Positions 9,472 through 19,298 of a stretch of DNA of 64,000 bases are shown one piece after another. Every line of letters begins with the position of its first letter. The first letter of the stretch is position 1. The translations under genes and the position numbers were made by a program. The stretch covers positions 20,428-84,427 of the forward strand of contig CABUTD010000002.1 in NCBI GenBank assembly GCA_902494405.1, given 5' to 3'. The notes below the pieces were generated by a model. It was given only the letters and a program-made list of their open reading frames with translations, was not told the origin of the DNA and did not search any database. Source of the stretch: an uncultured Anaerostipes sp. (GTDB lineage: Bacteria > Bacillota > Clostridia > Lachnospirales > Lachnospiraceae).

Positions 9472-11967
9472 ATGAGGCATAGTAAGACAATTGAACTATC
9501 TATTTTTGGAGCTGTTTTTATCGCTTCCCTGCTGATTTGGAATTATGTTTTAGTAGGGAGCCATAATAAGGGTGTTACAGAGACTTCACAGGCAAAGCTG
9601 CCGCTTTTGACGTTATCTGCAGACGGACAAGAAATAAATCAACTTCATGGATATCAGGGTGATGTAGATGCCTCCTTACTGCGTGACAGTGTAACACCCG
9701 TTTATAAGAATCAAATGAAAGCGATTTTAACGGAAGCTGAGGAGAAGGTGGAGGCTCTCAGCTATAAAATTTATGATACGGATAACAAAACTGTTCTGGA
9801 TAAAGGTGATACAGGCTTTCAAAAGATCAAAGGAGAGACGGCTGCGAATCTTACGATTGAAGAACGTTTAGATTCCGGAAAGACGTATTTAGTGGAATTC
9901 TCACTGAAACAGGATGGAAAAACAATACGATACTTTACCAGAATTCAATATGGCACCAGTTTTCATTTAAAAGAATGTCTGAATTTTGCAGAAAAATTTC
10001 ATGCAGCGGCATTATCGGAAGGGAACACAGAATTTATCAGTCAATATTTAGAGACAAAGGAAGGTACAACATCCAATGATCTTTCTCAGGTAAATTTAAA
10101 ATCTACACCGGAGGCGGTAGCCTATGCGAGTTTAAAACCTCAGGTGGAGTGTATATATCCGGCTACGGTAAAAGAGATTTCTGAAAATGTGACTTCCTTA
10201 GAATTGCGGTATATTTTGTCTGTGGAAAATACCGATGGAACCAAACAATATTATCAGGCGACGGAATATTTCAGAATTCGGTATGCCAAAGACCGAATGT
10301 ATCTTTTAAATTATGAAAGAAATATGGAAGCCTATATGCGTTATGATACCATTGATCGGGCAAACAACAGAATTTTGATTGGGATCGGCAGCAGTGATAA
10401 GCAACTGGTCAGTCAAAATGGAGGAAAAAAGGCGGCATTTGTGGTGCAGAATGAACTTTGGTATTATGATTATCAGAATTCCAATATGCATAAAGTGTTC
10501 TCTTTTGTAGGAGAGGATTATCGGGAAGGACGCAGCAACTATCAAAAACACGGGATTCGAATTATGAATATGGAATCAAATGGCGATATGTCCTTTCTTG
10601 TCTATGGATATATGAATCGTGGAGCTCACGAAGGGGAGAATGGAATTGCAGTGTACCGTTTTTCGGCAGATGATCAAAAGATTGAAGAATTGGCGTTCAT
10701 ACCTACAAAAATTCAGTATGAGATGATGAAAAATGATATTCAAAAAGGCGCGTTTCTAAGTGAGGATGATCAGTTCTATTTTTATTTGGACGGAGCAGTT
10801 TATCATGTGGATCTTGATTCCGAAAAAAGCAGTGTTTTACAAAAGAATGTGACAGATGATATGGCAGTGGTTTCAGAAAATGGAATGCTGGCAGTGAACC
10901 GATGCAAGAATGCTCTGGAGATGATTGATTTGTCACAGGATAAGAAATATGAAATCAAATGTGAGGATGATGAGGTTCTGCGGCCGATTGGATTCATTGA
11001 AAAAGACTTTGTATACGGAATTGGAAAGAAAAGTCAGATTGTCCGCAAGAAAGACGGAACCTATCTGTATCCTCTGGAAAAGGTTTTGATACAGAATCAG
11101 GATAAGATCTTAAAAGAGTATGAACAAAAAGGCGTTTATATTACGGAAGCAAAGATTGATGGCACGACCGTCATGCTGACCAATTCTGTGAAAAAAGGCA
11201 GCCGTTATCAAAAGAAAGATACAAGCTATGTGCGGTATAAGAAAAAGACGGAGAATAAGGTTGTATTTGTCTATGGATATACCGGTACAAGATTGAATCA
11301 ATTGTACTTGTCATTTCCGGATAATGTCTACATTCAGTCAAGACCGAATTATTTATCGACCAACGTGATGGAACAGGATGAAAATATTTCGGTAAAATTT
11401 GCAGAAAATAATTTTAAATATCAGGATGCCTATGTTTATACCGGAGGAAAACTTTCTGGTGTGTACAGTAATATGAAAGATGCGGTAAAGGATGCGAAGG
11501 ATGGCGGCGGAGTGGTTGTTAATTATCATCAGATGTATTTATGGGAAAAGGGAATTGCGAAAACTTACGCAAGATGTTCTAATATTCCTATGGTGAAAGC
11601 AAAATCGAAAGATGAGACAGATATTGCGTGTATTTTAATGATGGCGCAGGCAGAGAATATTGACACAAGCTATGATAAGATAAAGAAGATGCGTGGTTCT
11701 GCATATGATAAGCTGTTTGAGGTGTTTGACCGAAATGCCGTGAATTATTCAGATTGCAGTATGGAAGATCTTGTTTATGCGATCAGCAAAAACAGATCTG
11801 TCATGGCAAAGAGAAAAGATGGAACCTATGTGTTGCTTATGAGTTATAATCAATCAGATCTGAGATATTATGATCCATTGACGGGAAAATCTGTAAAAGT
11901 AAATAGAGCTTCTTTGGAAAAAGAATTGAAAGCTGCCGGAAGTATTTTTTACAGTTATACGAATTAG
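9472..11967 (+). CDS. Large membrane-anchored extracytoplasmic protein of unknown function
   Basis: ATG at 9472 follows AAAAGGAGA. There is one N-terminal TM helix (IELSIFGAVFIASLLIWNYVLV) and about 800 aa outside the membrane. It ends roughly 110 nt before the PBP1A start. Confidence 0.7.
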   Translation: MRHSKTIELSIFGAVFIASLLIWNYVLVGSHNKGVTETSQAKLPLLTLSADGQEINQLHGYQGDVDASLLRDSVTPVYKNQMKAILTEAEEKVEALSYKIYDTDNKTVLDKGDTGFQKIKGETAANLTIEERLDSGKTYLVEFSLKQDGKTIRYFTRIQYGTSFHLKECLNFAEKFHAAALSEGNTEFISQYLETKEGTTSNDLSQVNLKSTPEAVAYASLKPQVECIYPATVKEISENVTSLELRYILSVENTDGTKQYYQATEYFRIRYAKDRMYLLNYERNMEAYMRYDTIDRANNRILIGIGSSDKQLVSQNGGKKAAFVVQNELWYYDYQNSNMHKVFSFVGEDYREGRSNYQKHGIRIMNMESNGDMSFLVYGYMNRGAHEGENGIAVYRFSADDQKIEELAFIPTKIQYEMMKNDIQKGAFLSEDDQFYFYLDGAVYHVDLDSEKSSVLQKNVTDDMAVVSENGMLAVNRCKNALEMIDLSQDKKYEIKCEDDEVLRPIGFIEKDFVYGIGKKSQIVRKKDGTYLYPLEKVLIQNQDKILKEYEQKGVYITEAKIDGTTVMLTNSVKKGSRYQKKDTSYVRYKKKTENKVVFVYGYTGTRLNQLYLSFPDNVYIQSRPNYLSTNVMEQDENISVKFAENNFKYQDAYVYTGGKLSGVYSNMKDAVKDAKDGGGVVVNYHQMYLWEKGIAKTYARCSNIPMVKAKSKDETDIACILMMAQAENIDTSYDKIKKMRGSAYDKLFEVFDRNAVNYSDCSMEDLVYAISKNRSVMAKRKDGTYVLLMSYNQSDLRYYDPLTGKSVKVNRASLEKELKAAGSIFYSYTN

Positions 11968-12080
11968 AATTGTCTGGAAAAAGCGAAGTATGTCGAAGTA
12001 AAAAGTGTAGCGATCATATATTTTATGTTACAATTACAATTAGATGTTGGGATCAAAATCAAACGAAAGGTGAAAGGAAT

Positions 12081-14300
12081 ATGGCTGAAGAAACAAAGGA
12101 AACCAAGAAACTGATTCCCGAAAGAAAGAAAAAGAGAAAGAAAAAAGGAAAGAAAAGAAAGATTCTTTTGAAAGTTTCGATTGTCTTTTTATTTCTGGTC
12201 GTTGTCGGCTGGTTTACTTTCGGAATTAAGGTTATGAAACTTCGGAGTGAGGCAAAGAAGTTGGTTGCTAATGCGACGGAAGAAACATTCCGGGCATCTC
12301 AGACGAGCATTGTTTATGATACCAATGGAAAGCAGTTAACGAAGTTTAAAGGTGAGAAAGATGCATACTATTTGAAGTATAAGGATCTGCCGGTATATGC
12401 GGTGGCCTCTATGATTTCGGTGGAAGATCGAAATTTTTATAAGCACAGCGGCGTAGATTATAAGGGAGTCTTCCGGGCAGCAGTATCTTTTGTCGTAAAG
12501 AAAGGAGAGATCACACAGGGAGGAAGTACCATCACCCAGCAGCTTGCCAGAACTGTCTTTCTAAACAGAGAGGTTTCATGGCAAAGAAAAGTAAAAGAAA
12601 TGTTTGTGGCGGTGGAACTTGAGAAAAAATATTCCAAAGATCAAATTATTGAGTTCTATTTAAATAATGTATACTTTGCCAATGGATATTATGGTATCGA
12701 GGCAGCCAGCAGGGGATATTTTAATAAAAGTGCGAAAGATTTGACAATGGCAGAGGCGGCGTTTTTGTGTGCCATTCCAAATGCGCCTACAATGTATAAT
12801 CCACTGGAACATAAAGAAAAAACAATGACAAGGCAGAGAAAGATCCTGAAGGATATGTATGAGCAGGATTTAATTCGCAAAGATCAATATGAGGAAGCCC
12901 TGGATGAAGAAATTAAAATCAAGACTTCTCAGCAGAAGGAAGAAAAGAAAAATTATATTGAGACTTATGTGATTCACTGTGCTACGAAAGAAATTATGAA
13001 GCAGAAGGGCTTTGAGTTCCAATATGACTTTGATACGGATGCAGAGAAAGAAAAATATGAGGATGAATATGATAAGATGTATGCAGAGTGTAAAAGAACG
13101 CTTTACAGTGCAGGATATCATATTTATACATCCATTGATCCTGAGGTACAGGATGAGCTGCAAAAAAGTGTCGATGATTCTTTAAATGGCTATACAGAGA
13201 AAGATAAAAATGGAATTTATAAGACACAGGCATCGGGAACCTGTATTGATAATGAGACGGGTAAGGTTGTGGCAATTGTCGGAGGAAGAGAGCAGGAGAA
13301 CATCGGTTACACGTTAAATCGGGCATATCAAAGTCCAAGACAGCCGGGAAGTAGTATTAAACCATTGCTTGTATTTGCGCCGGCATTGGAGCATGGATGG
13401 TCTGCCAGCTCTGTTGTCAATGATTCGCCGATGGCTTCCGATGACAAACATCGTGTGCGAAATTCCGGAGGATCTTATTCCGGTCAGATTTCACTGCGAA
13501 GAGCTGTGGAGAAATCAAGTAATGTTGTGACAATGCGTCTTTATGAGCAGATGGGACCAAAGACCTGTTTGAAATATTTAGAAGAGATGAACTTTAAGTA
13601 TCTGACCGATGAAGATTATACGTATTACACAACGTGTATTGGTGGTTTTACAAAAGGAACAACGTCGGAAGAAATGGCATCAGGATATGCCGCACTGCAA
13701 AATGACGGAGTTTACCGGGAGCCTACCTGCATTACCAAAATAACAACCTCTGATGGAGATGAGGTGATGTCCAGTTCTGCAAAGAGACGCAGAATTTATT
13801 CTGAAAATGCAGCCAATGCTATGACGGACATTTTGCAGAGCGTTGTAACTTCCGGAACAGGTGCGGGGGCAAAGGTTCCGAATGTGGATACTGCCGGAAA
13901 AACTGGTACGACAACCAGCAACCGTGATGGATGGTTCTGTGGTTATACTCCATATTATACAACTGCAATTTGGGTTGGACGGGATGATAATAAGATCATG
14001 CCGGAACTGAGCGGAGGTTCTTATCCAAAAACCATTTGGAGTAACTTTATGAATGAAATTCACTCTGAATTCTCTTCCGATAAAACCTTGGGGGGAAGTT
14101 ATACGGATTCAGGAAGTTCTACGGAAACAACGACCGGTCAGGATACGACAACGACAGAGGAGACCACAACAGAAAAAACGGAGAAGGCCACAACAACGAC
14201 GACGGCAGCTCCAACCACAGCAGCGCCGACGACCACGGCAGCTCCGACAACGGCGGCGCCAAGCACGACGGCATCGCCTTCTCAGGACGGTCGGGAATAA
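12081..14300 (+). CDS. Class A penicillin-binding protein (glycosyltransferase plus transpeptidase)
   Basis: GT51 motifs EDRNFYKHSGVD and GGSTITQQLAR. Transpeptidase motifs SSIK, SSN and KTGTT. Lys-rich N-terminal tail with a TM helix, and a Thr/Ala/Pro-rich C-terminal tail. Confidence 0.9.
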   Translation: MAEETKETKKLIPERKKKRKKKGKKRKILLKVSIVFLFLVVVGWFTFGIKVMKLRSEAKKLVANATEETFRASQTSIVYDTNGKQLTKFKGEKDAYYLKYKDLPVYAVASMISVEDRNFYKHSGVDYKGVFRAAVSFVVKKGEITQGGSTITQQLARTVFLNREVSWQRKVKEMFVAVELEKKYSKDQIIEFYLNNVYFANGYYGIEAASRGYFNKSAKDLTMAEAAFLCAIPNAPTMYNPLEHKEKTMTRQRKILKDMYEQDLIRKDQYEEALDEEIKIKTSQQKEEKKNYIETYVIHCATKEIMKQKGFEFQYDFDTDAEKEKYEDEYDKMYAECKRTLYSAGYHIYTSIDPEVQDELQKSVDDSLNGYTEKDKNGIYKTQASGTCIDNETGKVVAIVGGREQENIGYTLNRAYQSPRQPGSSIKPLLVFAPALEHGWSASSVVNDSPMASDDKHRVRNSGGSYSGQISLRRAVEKSSNVVTMRLYEQMGPKTCLKYLEEMNFKYLTDEDYTYYTTCIGGFTKGTTSEEMASGYAALQNDGVYREPTCITKITTSDGDEVMSSSAKRRRIYSENAANAMTDILQSVVTSGTGAGAKVPNVDTAGKTGTTTSNRDGWFCGYTPYYTTAIWVGRDDNKIMPELSGGSYPKTIWSNFMNEIHSEFSSDKTLGGSYTDSGSSTETTTGQDTTTTEETTTEKTEKATTTTTAAPTTAAPTTTAAPTTAAPSTTASPSQDGRE

Positions 14301-14343
14301 AAAAAGGAGATCTACAAGTATGAAACTGTAGATCTCCTTTTTG
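14301..14343. terminator. Bidirectional terminator between PBP1A and prs
   Basis: A perfect 16-bp stem, AAAAAGGAGATCTACA / TGTAGATCTCCTTTTT, sits between convergent genes. Confidence 0.7.
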
Positions 14344-14364
14344 TAATATAGGGAAGAGAGAGCT

Positions 14365-15537
14365 TTATTTTACATTCTTTTTTTCTAAATACTCTTTGAT
14401 GCGTTCCGTAGGATTTAATAATTCGCTGATGGAAGCGTCATGATTCAGTGTATCAATTAAGAGTGCTACATATTTGGATACATCGGAAGATGCATACCAG
14501 TCGCGGGATAATAATTCCGGAGTCTGATATATCAAATTGGTCGTAATAACTTTGGCAATGGTACCGTCTTCGATAGCACGATCAAAAACTTCCAGACCGT
14601 TTGTAAAGAGACCGAATGTGGAAAGACAGAAAACGCGTTTTGCATTTCTGCGTTTCAATTCTTTGGCTACGTCAATCATACTTTCGCCGGAAGAAATCAT
14701 ATCGTCAATGATCAGAACATCTTTTCCATCTAAGGAATCACCGAGAAATTCATGAGCGACAATCGGATTGCGTCCGTCAATTACTTTCGTAAAATCACGA
14801 CGTTTGTAGAACATTCCCACATCCACGCCAATGACATTTGCCATATAGATCGCACGCTGCATTGCTCCCTCATCGGGACTGATTACCATTAAATGGTCTT
14901 TGTCGAACTTCACATCATCACATTGCTCTACCAGAGATTTTACAAATTGATAAGTCGGCTGTACATTATCGAATCCACTGATTGGAATAGCATTCTGTAC
15001 ACGAGGATCATGGGCATCGAAAGTAATCAGATTATCGACACCAAGATTAACCAATTCCTGCAGCATCACTGCACAGTCTAAGGATTCACGGGTACTTCTT
15101 TTGTGCTGTCTGCTTTCATAGAGGAACGGCATAATGACATTGACGCTTTTTGCTTTTCCGGCAGCAGCACTGATGATACGTTTTAAGTCAGCGTAATGAT
15201 CATCCGGTGACATGTGGTTGATTTGTCCGTTTAAGGAATAGGTAATGCTGTAATTCAGTACGTCCACAAGAATGTATAAATCCATGTCGCGGACAGATTC
15301 ACGAATGAGTCCTTTTGCTTCTCCGGATCCGAAGCGGGGACAGCTGGCATTGAGCAAATAGGTGTCTCTCAGGTAGCCGTCGCATGCAACAGAATCTTTG
15401 AAAGCTCCATGACTTTCTTTTCTCCATTGAATAATGTAATGGTCGATGGCTTCGCCAAGTGCCTCACAGCCTTCCAGGGCGATGATTCCAAGTTTTCCGT
15501 CGGGAATCTTTGTAAAGTTACGGTCAGATCGTCTCAT
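14365..15537 (-). CDS. prs: Ribose-phosphate pyrophosphokinase (long form, 390 aa)
   Basis: PRPP loop VLIIDDMISSGESM and motif ITFDAHD. It is longer than the classical Prs of about 315 aa. Confidence 0.8.
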   Translation of the reverse strand: MRRSDRNFTKIPDGKLGIIALEGCEALGEAIDHYIIQWRKESHGAFKDSVACDGYLRDTYLLNASCPRFGSGEAKGLIRESVRDMDLYILVDVLNYSITYSLNGQINHMSPDDHYADLKRIISAAAGKAKSVNVIMPFLYESRQHKRSTRESLDCAVMLQELVNLGVDNLITFDAHDPRVQNAIPISGFDNVQPTYQFVKSLVEQCDDVKFDKDHLMVISPDEGAMQRAIYMANVIGVDVGMFYKRRDFTKVIDGRNPIVAHEFLGDSLDGKDVLIIDDMISSGESMIDVAKELKRRNAKRVFCLSTFGLFTNGLEVFDRAIEDGTIAKVITTNLIYQTPELLSRDWYASSDVSKYVALLIDTLNHDASISELLNPTERIKEYLEKKNVK

Positions 15538-15591
15538 GATACTATCTCCTTCGTATATTGTTCTATAGTTTTTTATATCATTATAATTTGA

Positions 15592-16578
15592 TTACGTCAA
15601 GTTTGATTTCTTAAAACGAATGTCCTCGCCATATATTTGATGCCAGGAATAATTCTCAATAATCCTTGAAAAGATTCTCTCAGAATAAATATTTCGGAAA
15701 TCCTGAAGAGATAAATTTGTGGAAATAATGGTAGATTTCTCTTGAATCAGGCGTTCATTCAGGCATTGAAATAATTGAGAAATTACAAATTTGTTCATCA
15801 TCTCGGTGCCTAAGTCATCAATGATCAGAAGATCGCACTGAAAAATAAGATCGGCGGATATTTCCTGTTTCGGATCTTTTTCCTTTCCAAATGTATGTTT
15901 TGCCAGCGTATCAAATAATTGGAAAGCTGTCATATATACACAAGTATAGCCAAGATCCATGATTTCTTTTGCAATGCAGTGGCTTAAAAATGTTTTGCCG
16001 ACACCGGTAGACCCTTGAAAAAGAATGTTCTCATGGTTTGGAAATCTGGAAATAAATGCTTTGCAGTGATTTACAATTTTCTGAATGTTCAGCCGTGGGC
16101 TTGGAAGTCCGCTGGCAGTAATTTCATCAGAATAGTAGTCTTCCCGAAATTGCTTGAAATTTTCGCGGGCAAGAATTCGATCCATATTTGAACCGGTATA
16201 CAAAAGATCGATCATAGCCTGACGAAAACAGGAACATGGTTCCTGTCCGATATATCCGGTATCCTGACATTTGCCGCAATGATAAATCGGTTCTAAATAA
16301 TCTTCCGGATATCCTGCGTCTCTGAGGAGGCAGAGTTTTTCTCGGGCAAGGGCTGCATTCTTTGTCCGGCATTCTTCTCTGAGGACCGGATCATCTTTCA
16401 GAATTAGTTTCTTTCCCAGGGCAATCGAATTATGAGTCATTTGAAGATCCAGCTCTTTGATGCGGGGAATTGCAGCATAAATATCCTTTTTTCTCTGTTC
16501 CTGTGTGTGATAATTGGAAAGTCGTCTGGACTCATACATTCGCATAATTTTTTGATAATCGGTATTGGATAAAGGCAT
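15592..16578 (-). CDS. dnaI: DnaI/DnaC-type helicase loader ATPase
   Basis: Walker A GSTGVGKTFL, Walker B LLIIDDLG, and an N-terminal Cys cluster CGKCQDTGY..PCSC. Confidence 0.8.
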   Translation of the reverse strand: MPLSNTDYQKIMRMYESRRLSNYHTQEQRKKDIYAAIPRIKELDLQMTHNSIALGKKLILKDDPVLREECRTKNAALAREKLCLLRDAGYPEDYLEPIYHCGKCQDTGYIGQEPCSCFRQAMIDLLYTGSNMDRILARENFKQFREDYYSDEITASGLPSPRLNIQKIVNHCKAFISRFPNHENILFQGSTGVGKTFLSHCIAKEIMDLGYTCVYMTAFQLFDTLAKHTFGKEKDPKQEISADLIFQCDLLIIDDLGTEMMNKFVISQLFQCLNERLIQEKSTIISTNLSLQDFRNIYSERIFSRIIENYSWHQIYGEDIRFKKSNLT

Positions 16579-16581
16579 AGA

Positions 16582-17655
16582 TTAATTCTCCCTTATTTCA
16601 TCAGAAAATTGTTTTTGCAGAAGCTGCTGTTCCAGTGCGTCAAAATCATAATCTCTCTGTTTAAAATTATGGAGATTTGCATGGTTGTTTTGGTTGACGA
16701 ATGTTTTTGGAGCTCTGGAAGGCTGTTTAAAAATGCGTGCCTGCTCCAGAGATACGATATGGTTATCTTTCCAATGTTTTAAAATAGTATCCGCATAAGG
16801 AAAGCTTGGCTTATTAATAGCGTTGATTGTGCGGTTGCAGGCTTCAAGAATCAAGGCCAGATCGAAACCATCGGTTTCCAGCCAGCGCTTCATGTACTGT
16901 TCCTGAATCGGCGCAGGATTTTGATTTAACCCAAAAGCGCGCATGATGGAATAATATTCTTTTCGGAAGTTCTGGCTGTGGGATTTTGCTTCTTCCGGAG
17001 TTTTTATATTGCATTCATACCAGTTGATTGCAACGGTCTGCATATAGCGAAAACTTTTTTTGCCGTTGGAGACACAGTGCTCAACCAAATATTCAATGAG
17101 TTCACAGGACATGGACAGATCTTCATACATATACAGAAGAGTATTCATATCTGTGCAGGTCAGAGGCTTGCCCAAAAACATTTCACAAACATAGAGAAGA
17201 TAAGAAAAACGTTCATCCTCGCTTTTTTTCTGTAACTGAGCCGGGGATAGTGTTTTCATAGCGGGAATTGCCTCACTGGCTACGGAATTTTCCTGAACAT
17301 CCGACGGTTCGGATACGGCAGAATCAGAAGCATCCTCCGTCTGAATCGGAGGAACCGGATGTCCGGGAATCGGAAGAAGTTCAATGGATTGAATTTCTCT
17401 TTGATTCATCTCAATCTTCAGAAGAGATTCTTTTTCCCAGTATTTTAATGCGCGGGTGACATCGCGTTCGGTGAGCTCTAAAACATCAGCGAGGCACGGA
17501 ATACTGAAATTTGCCCCGTCAGAAACCATGCGGAGGAGATAAATATAAACTTTGATGTACTCTCCGTTGGCACGAATCATATAGTTATCAACAAAAGCAT
17601 TCGGAAGCAGTGTTCCTCCGGTTGGATATGTAGTTGTGACCTGAATATAGTTCAT
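16582..17655 (-). CDS. DnaD/DnaB-domain replication initiation protein
   Basis: It lies 3 nt upstream of the dnaI-like gene. It has an N-terminal winged-helix-like region and a C-terminal DnaB_2-type repeat (FRKEYYSIMRAFG...WLETDGFDLALILEA). Confidence 0.7.
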   Translation of the reverse strand: MNYIQVTTTYPTGGTLLPNAFVDNYMIRANGEYIKVYIYLLRMVSDGANFSIPCLADVLELTERDVTRALKYWEKESLLKIEMNQREIQSIELLPIPGHPVPPIQTEDASDSAVSEPSDVQENSVASEAIPAMKTLSPAQLQKKSEDERFSYLLYVCEMFLGKPLTCTDMNTLLYMYEDLSMSCELIEYLVEHCVSNGKKSFRYMQTVAINWYECNIKTPEEAKSHSQNFRKEYYSIMRAFGLNQNPAPIQEQYMKRWLETDGFDLALILEACNRTINAINKPSFPYADTILKHWKDNHIVSLEQARIFKQPSRAPKTFVNQNNHANLHNFKQRDYDFDALEQQLLQKQFSDEIREN

Positions 17656-17730
17656 GGCAATGTCCCCTTTTTTATTTTATATCATCTAATGTGACTATAA
17701 CGCAGATGAGGAAAATTGTAAATAGAGGCA

Positions 17731-17906
17731 GAATCCACAGAGGATTTGTGGAAAAACCTGTGGATAGTGTGGATAATGTGGATAAGAAAATAAGAAATAC
17801 GAGAATAAGCCATTTACATAGATTTTACAATTGTGGAAAAAAGAAAAAGAAATCCACAGGTCTATTTTTCAACAACTGTGTACAAACCTGTGGATAATGT
17901 GGATAA
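17731..17906. promoter_or_regulatory. DnaA-box cluster
   Basis: Four perfect TTATCCACA boxes read as TGTGGATAA at 17768, 17777, 17889 and 17898. One-mismatch boxes lie at 17747, 17759 and 17832. Two-mismatch boxes on the other strand lie at 17731 and 17850. Confidence 0.75.
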
Positions 17907-19298
17907 CTATCTGCTGACCAGATGATTTCCGATAGAATCGACGTTTCCAGCTCCCATAGTTATCAACAAATCATTTTTTTTACAATTTTTTAAAATAAAT
18001 TGTTCAATGTCATCAAAATCTTTAATATAGTGGGCATCCACATCATATGCTGCCATGCGTTCTACAATATTGCGGGCGTGGACAACCCCGGTGTTTTTTT
18101 CTCTTGCAGCATAGATATCCGTAATGATTACATGGTCACAGAGACTCAGGGCTTTGGCAAAATCATTGAGGAATGCCAAAGTCCGCGTGTAGGTATGAGG
18201 TTGGAAAACACACCACAACTCATTATGAGGATAATTTTTACAGGAAGTCAAAGTAGCGCGGATTTCTGTGGGATGATGCGCATAATCATCAATCACGGTG
18301 AATCCATTGCAGGTTCCTTTGAATTCAAAACGGCGTTTTGCGCCGGAGAATCCGAGAAGACCTTGTTTGACAGCACTCATCGGAAGATCAATTCTTTTTG
18401 CGGCAGCAATCGCAGCCAAAGCATTTTTGACGTTGTGTTCTCCATTGACATTGAGCTGAATGGTATCAACAAATTCCCCACGAAAATAATAATCAAAATG
18501 TGCATGTCCAAAAGCATCATATCCGATATTTTTTGCAGAGAAGTCAAAAGAATCATCGTTGAGCCCGAAGGTTGCATAATCTGCTTCTAAATCGTGGACA
18601 ATGTAGTCGAGATTGTCAATTTCTCCATTGATGATCAGATATCCGTAATCGGGGAGTTTGTGAGCAAATTGCCGAAAGGAATGTCGAATATCGTCAAGGT
18701 CTTTAAAAAAGTCCATATGATCTTCTTCAATATTTAAAATTATGCTGATTTTCGGGAAAAATTCCAAAAAACTGTTGGTATATTCACAGGCTTCGGTAAC
18801 AAAGGTATCGGAGCGACCCACACGGATGTTGCCGCCAATGGCGTCTAAGATTCCGCCAACACTGATGGTCGGGTCTGTTTCACCGGCAAGAAGTATGTGA
18901 GAAAGCATAGAGGTTGTTGTGGTCTTGCCGTGGGTTCCGGAAATTGCGATTGCATTTTTATAATTATGCATAAGCTGTCCAAGGAGCGCTGCGCGGCTCA
19001 TCGTTGGAATTTTCAACGATGCTGCGGCCTGATATTCTGCATTGGTATCAAAATGGATTGCGGCAGTGTAGACTACAAGATCAATATCCGGTGTAATATT
19101 TTCAGCAGTTTGTTCAAAGAAAATTTTTGCGCCCTTTTGCTCCAGACGGTCGGTGATTTCTGTGGAGCGAATATCAGATCCGGATATGGTAAATCCTTCT
19201 TTTAAGAGAATCTCTGCCAGTCCGCTCATGCTGATCCCTCCGATGCCCATAAAGTGAATATGAATTGGTTTCTTAAAATCTATCTGATACATTTTCAT
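17907..19298 (-). CDS. murC: UDP-N-acetylmuramate--L-alanine ligase
   Basis: Motifs GIGGISMSGLA and GTHGKTTTT, with Mur ligase length and layout. Confidence 0.93.
   Translation of the reverse strand: MKMYQIDFKKPIHIHFMGIGGISMSGLAEILLKEGFTISGSDIRSTEITDRLEQKGAKIFFEQTAENITPDIDLVVYTAAIHFDTNAEYQAAASLKIPTMSRAALLGQLMHNYKNAIAISGTHGKTTTTSMLSHILLAGETDPTISVGGILDAIGGNIRVGRSDTFVTEACEYTNSFLEFFPKISIILNIEEDHMDFFKDLDDIRHSFRQFAHKLPDYGYLIINGEIDNLDYIVHDLEADYATFGLNDDSFDFSAKNIGYDAFGHAHFDYYFRGEFVDTIQLNVNGEHNVKNALAAIAAAKRIDLPMSAVKQGLLGFSGAKRRFEFKGTCNGFTVIDDYAHHPTEIRATLTSCKNYPHNELWCVFQPHTYTRTLAFLNDFAKALSLCDHVIITDIYAAREKNTGVVHARNIVERMAAYDVDAHYIKDFDDIEQFILKNCKKNDLLITMGAGNVDSIGNHLVSR

Noticed and set aside
14053-14331. 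A 92-aa ORF rich in RRRPQQ repeats.
   Set aside because: It is an alternative frame of the repetitive Thr/Ala/Pro tail of PBP1A, and so an artefact of the repeat.
14336-14350. The 15-mer TTTTTGTAATATAGG, shared between the PBP1A terminator flank and the 21392 palindrome.
   Set aside because: A single shared 15-mer in 64 kb (both strands) is within chance expectation, of order one. It was not treated as a repeat family.
17691-17897. A 68-aa plus-strand ORF (MTITQMRKIVNRGRIHRGFVEKPVDSVDNVDKK...).
   Set aside because: Its repetitive PVDSVDNVDK/CGKKKK sequence is just the translation of tandem DnaA boxes. It has no RBS.
17656-17906. The idea that the DnaA-box cluster is the chromosomal origin (oriC).
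   Set aside because: No dnaA, dnaN or rpmH lies adjacent. There is no obvious AT-rich unwinding element beside the boxes. Gene orientation does not switch across it. It cannot be fully excluded without the whole genome.
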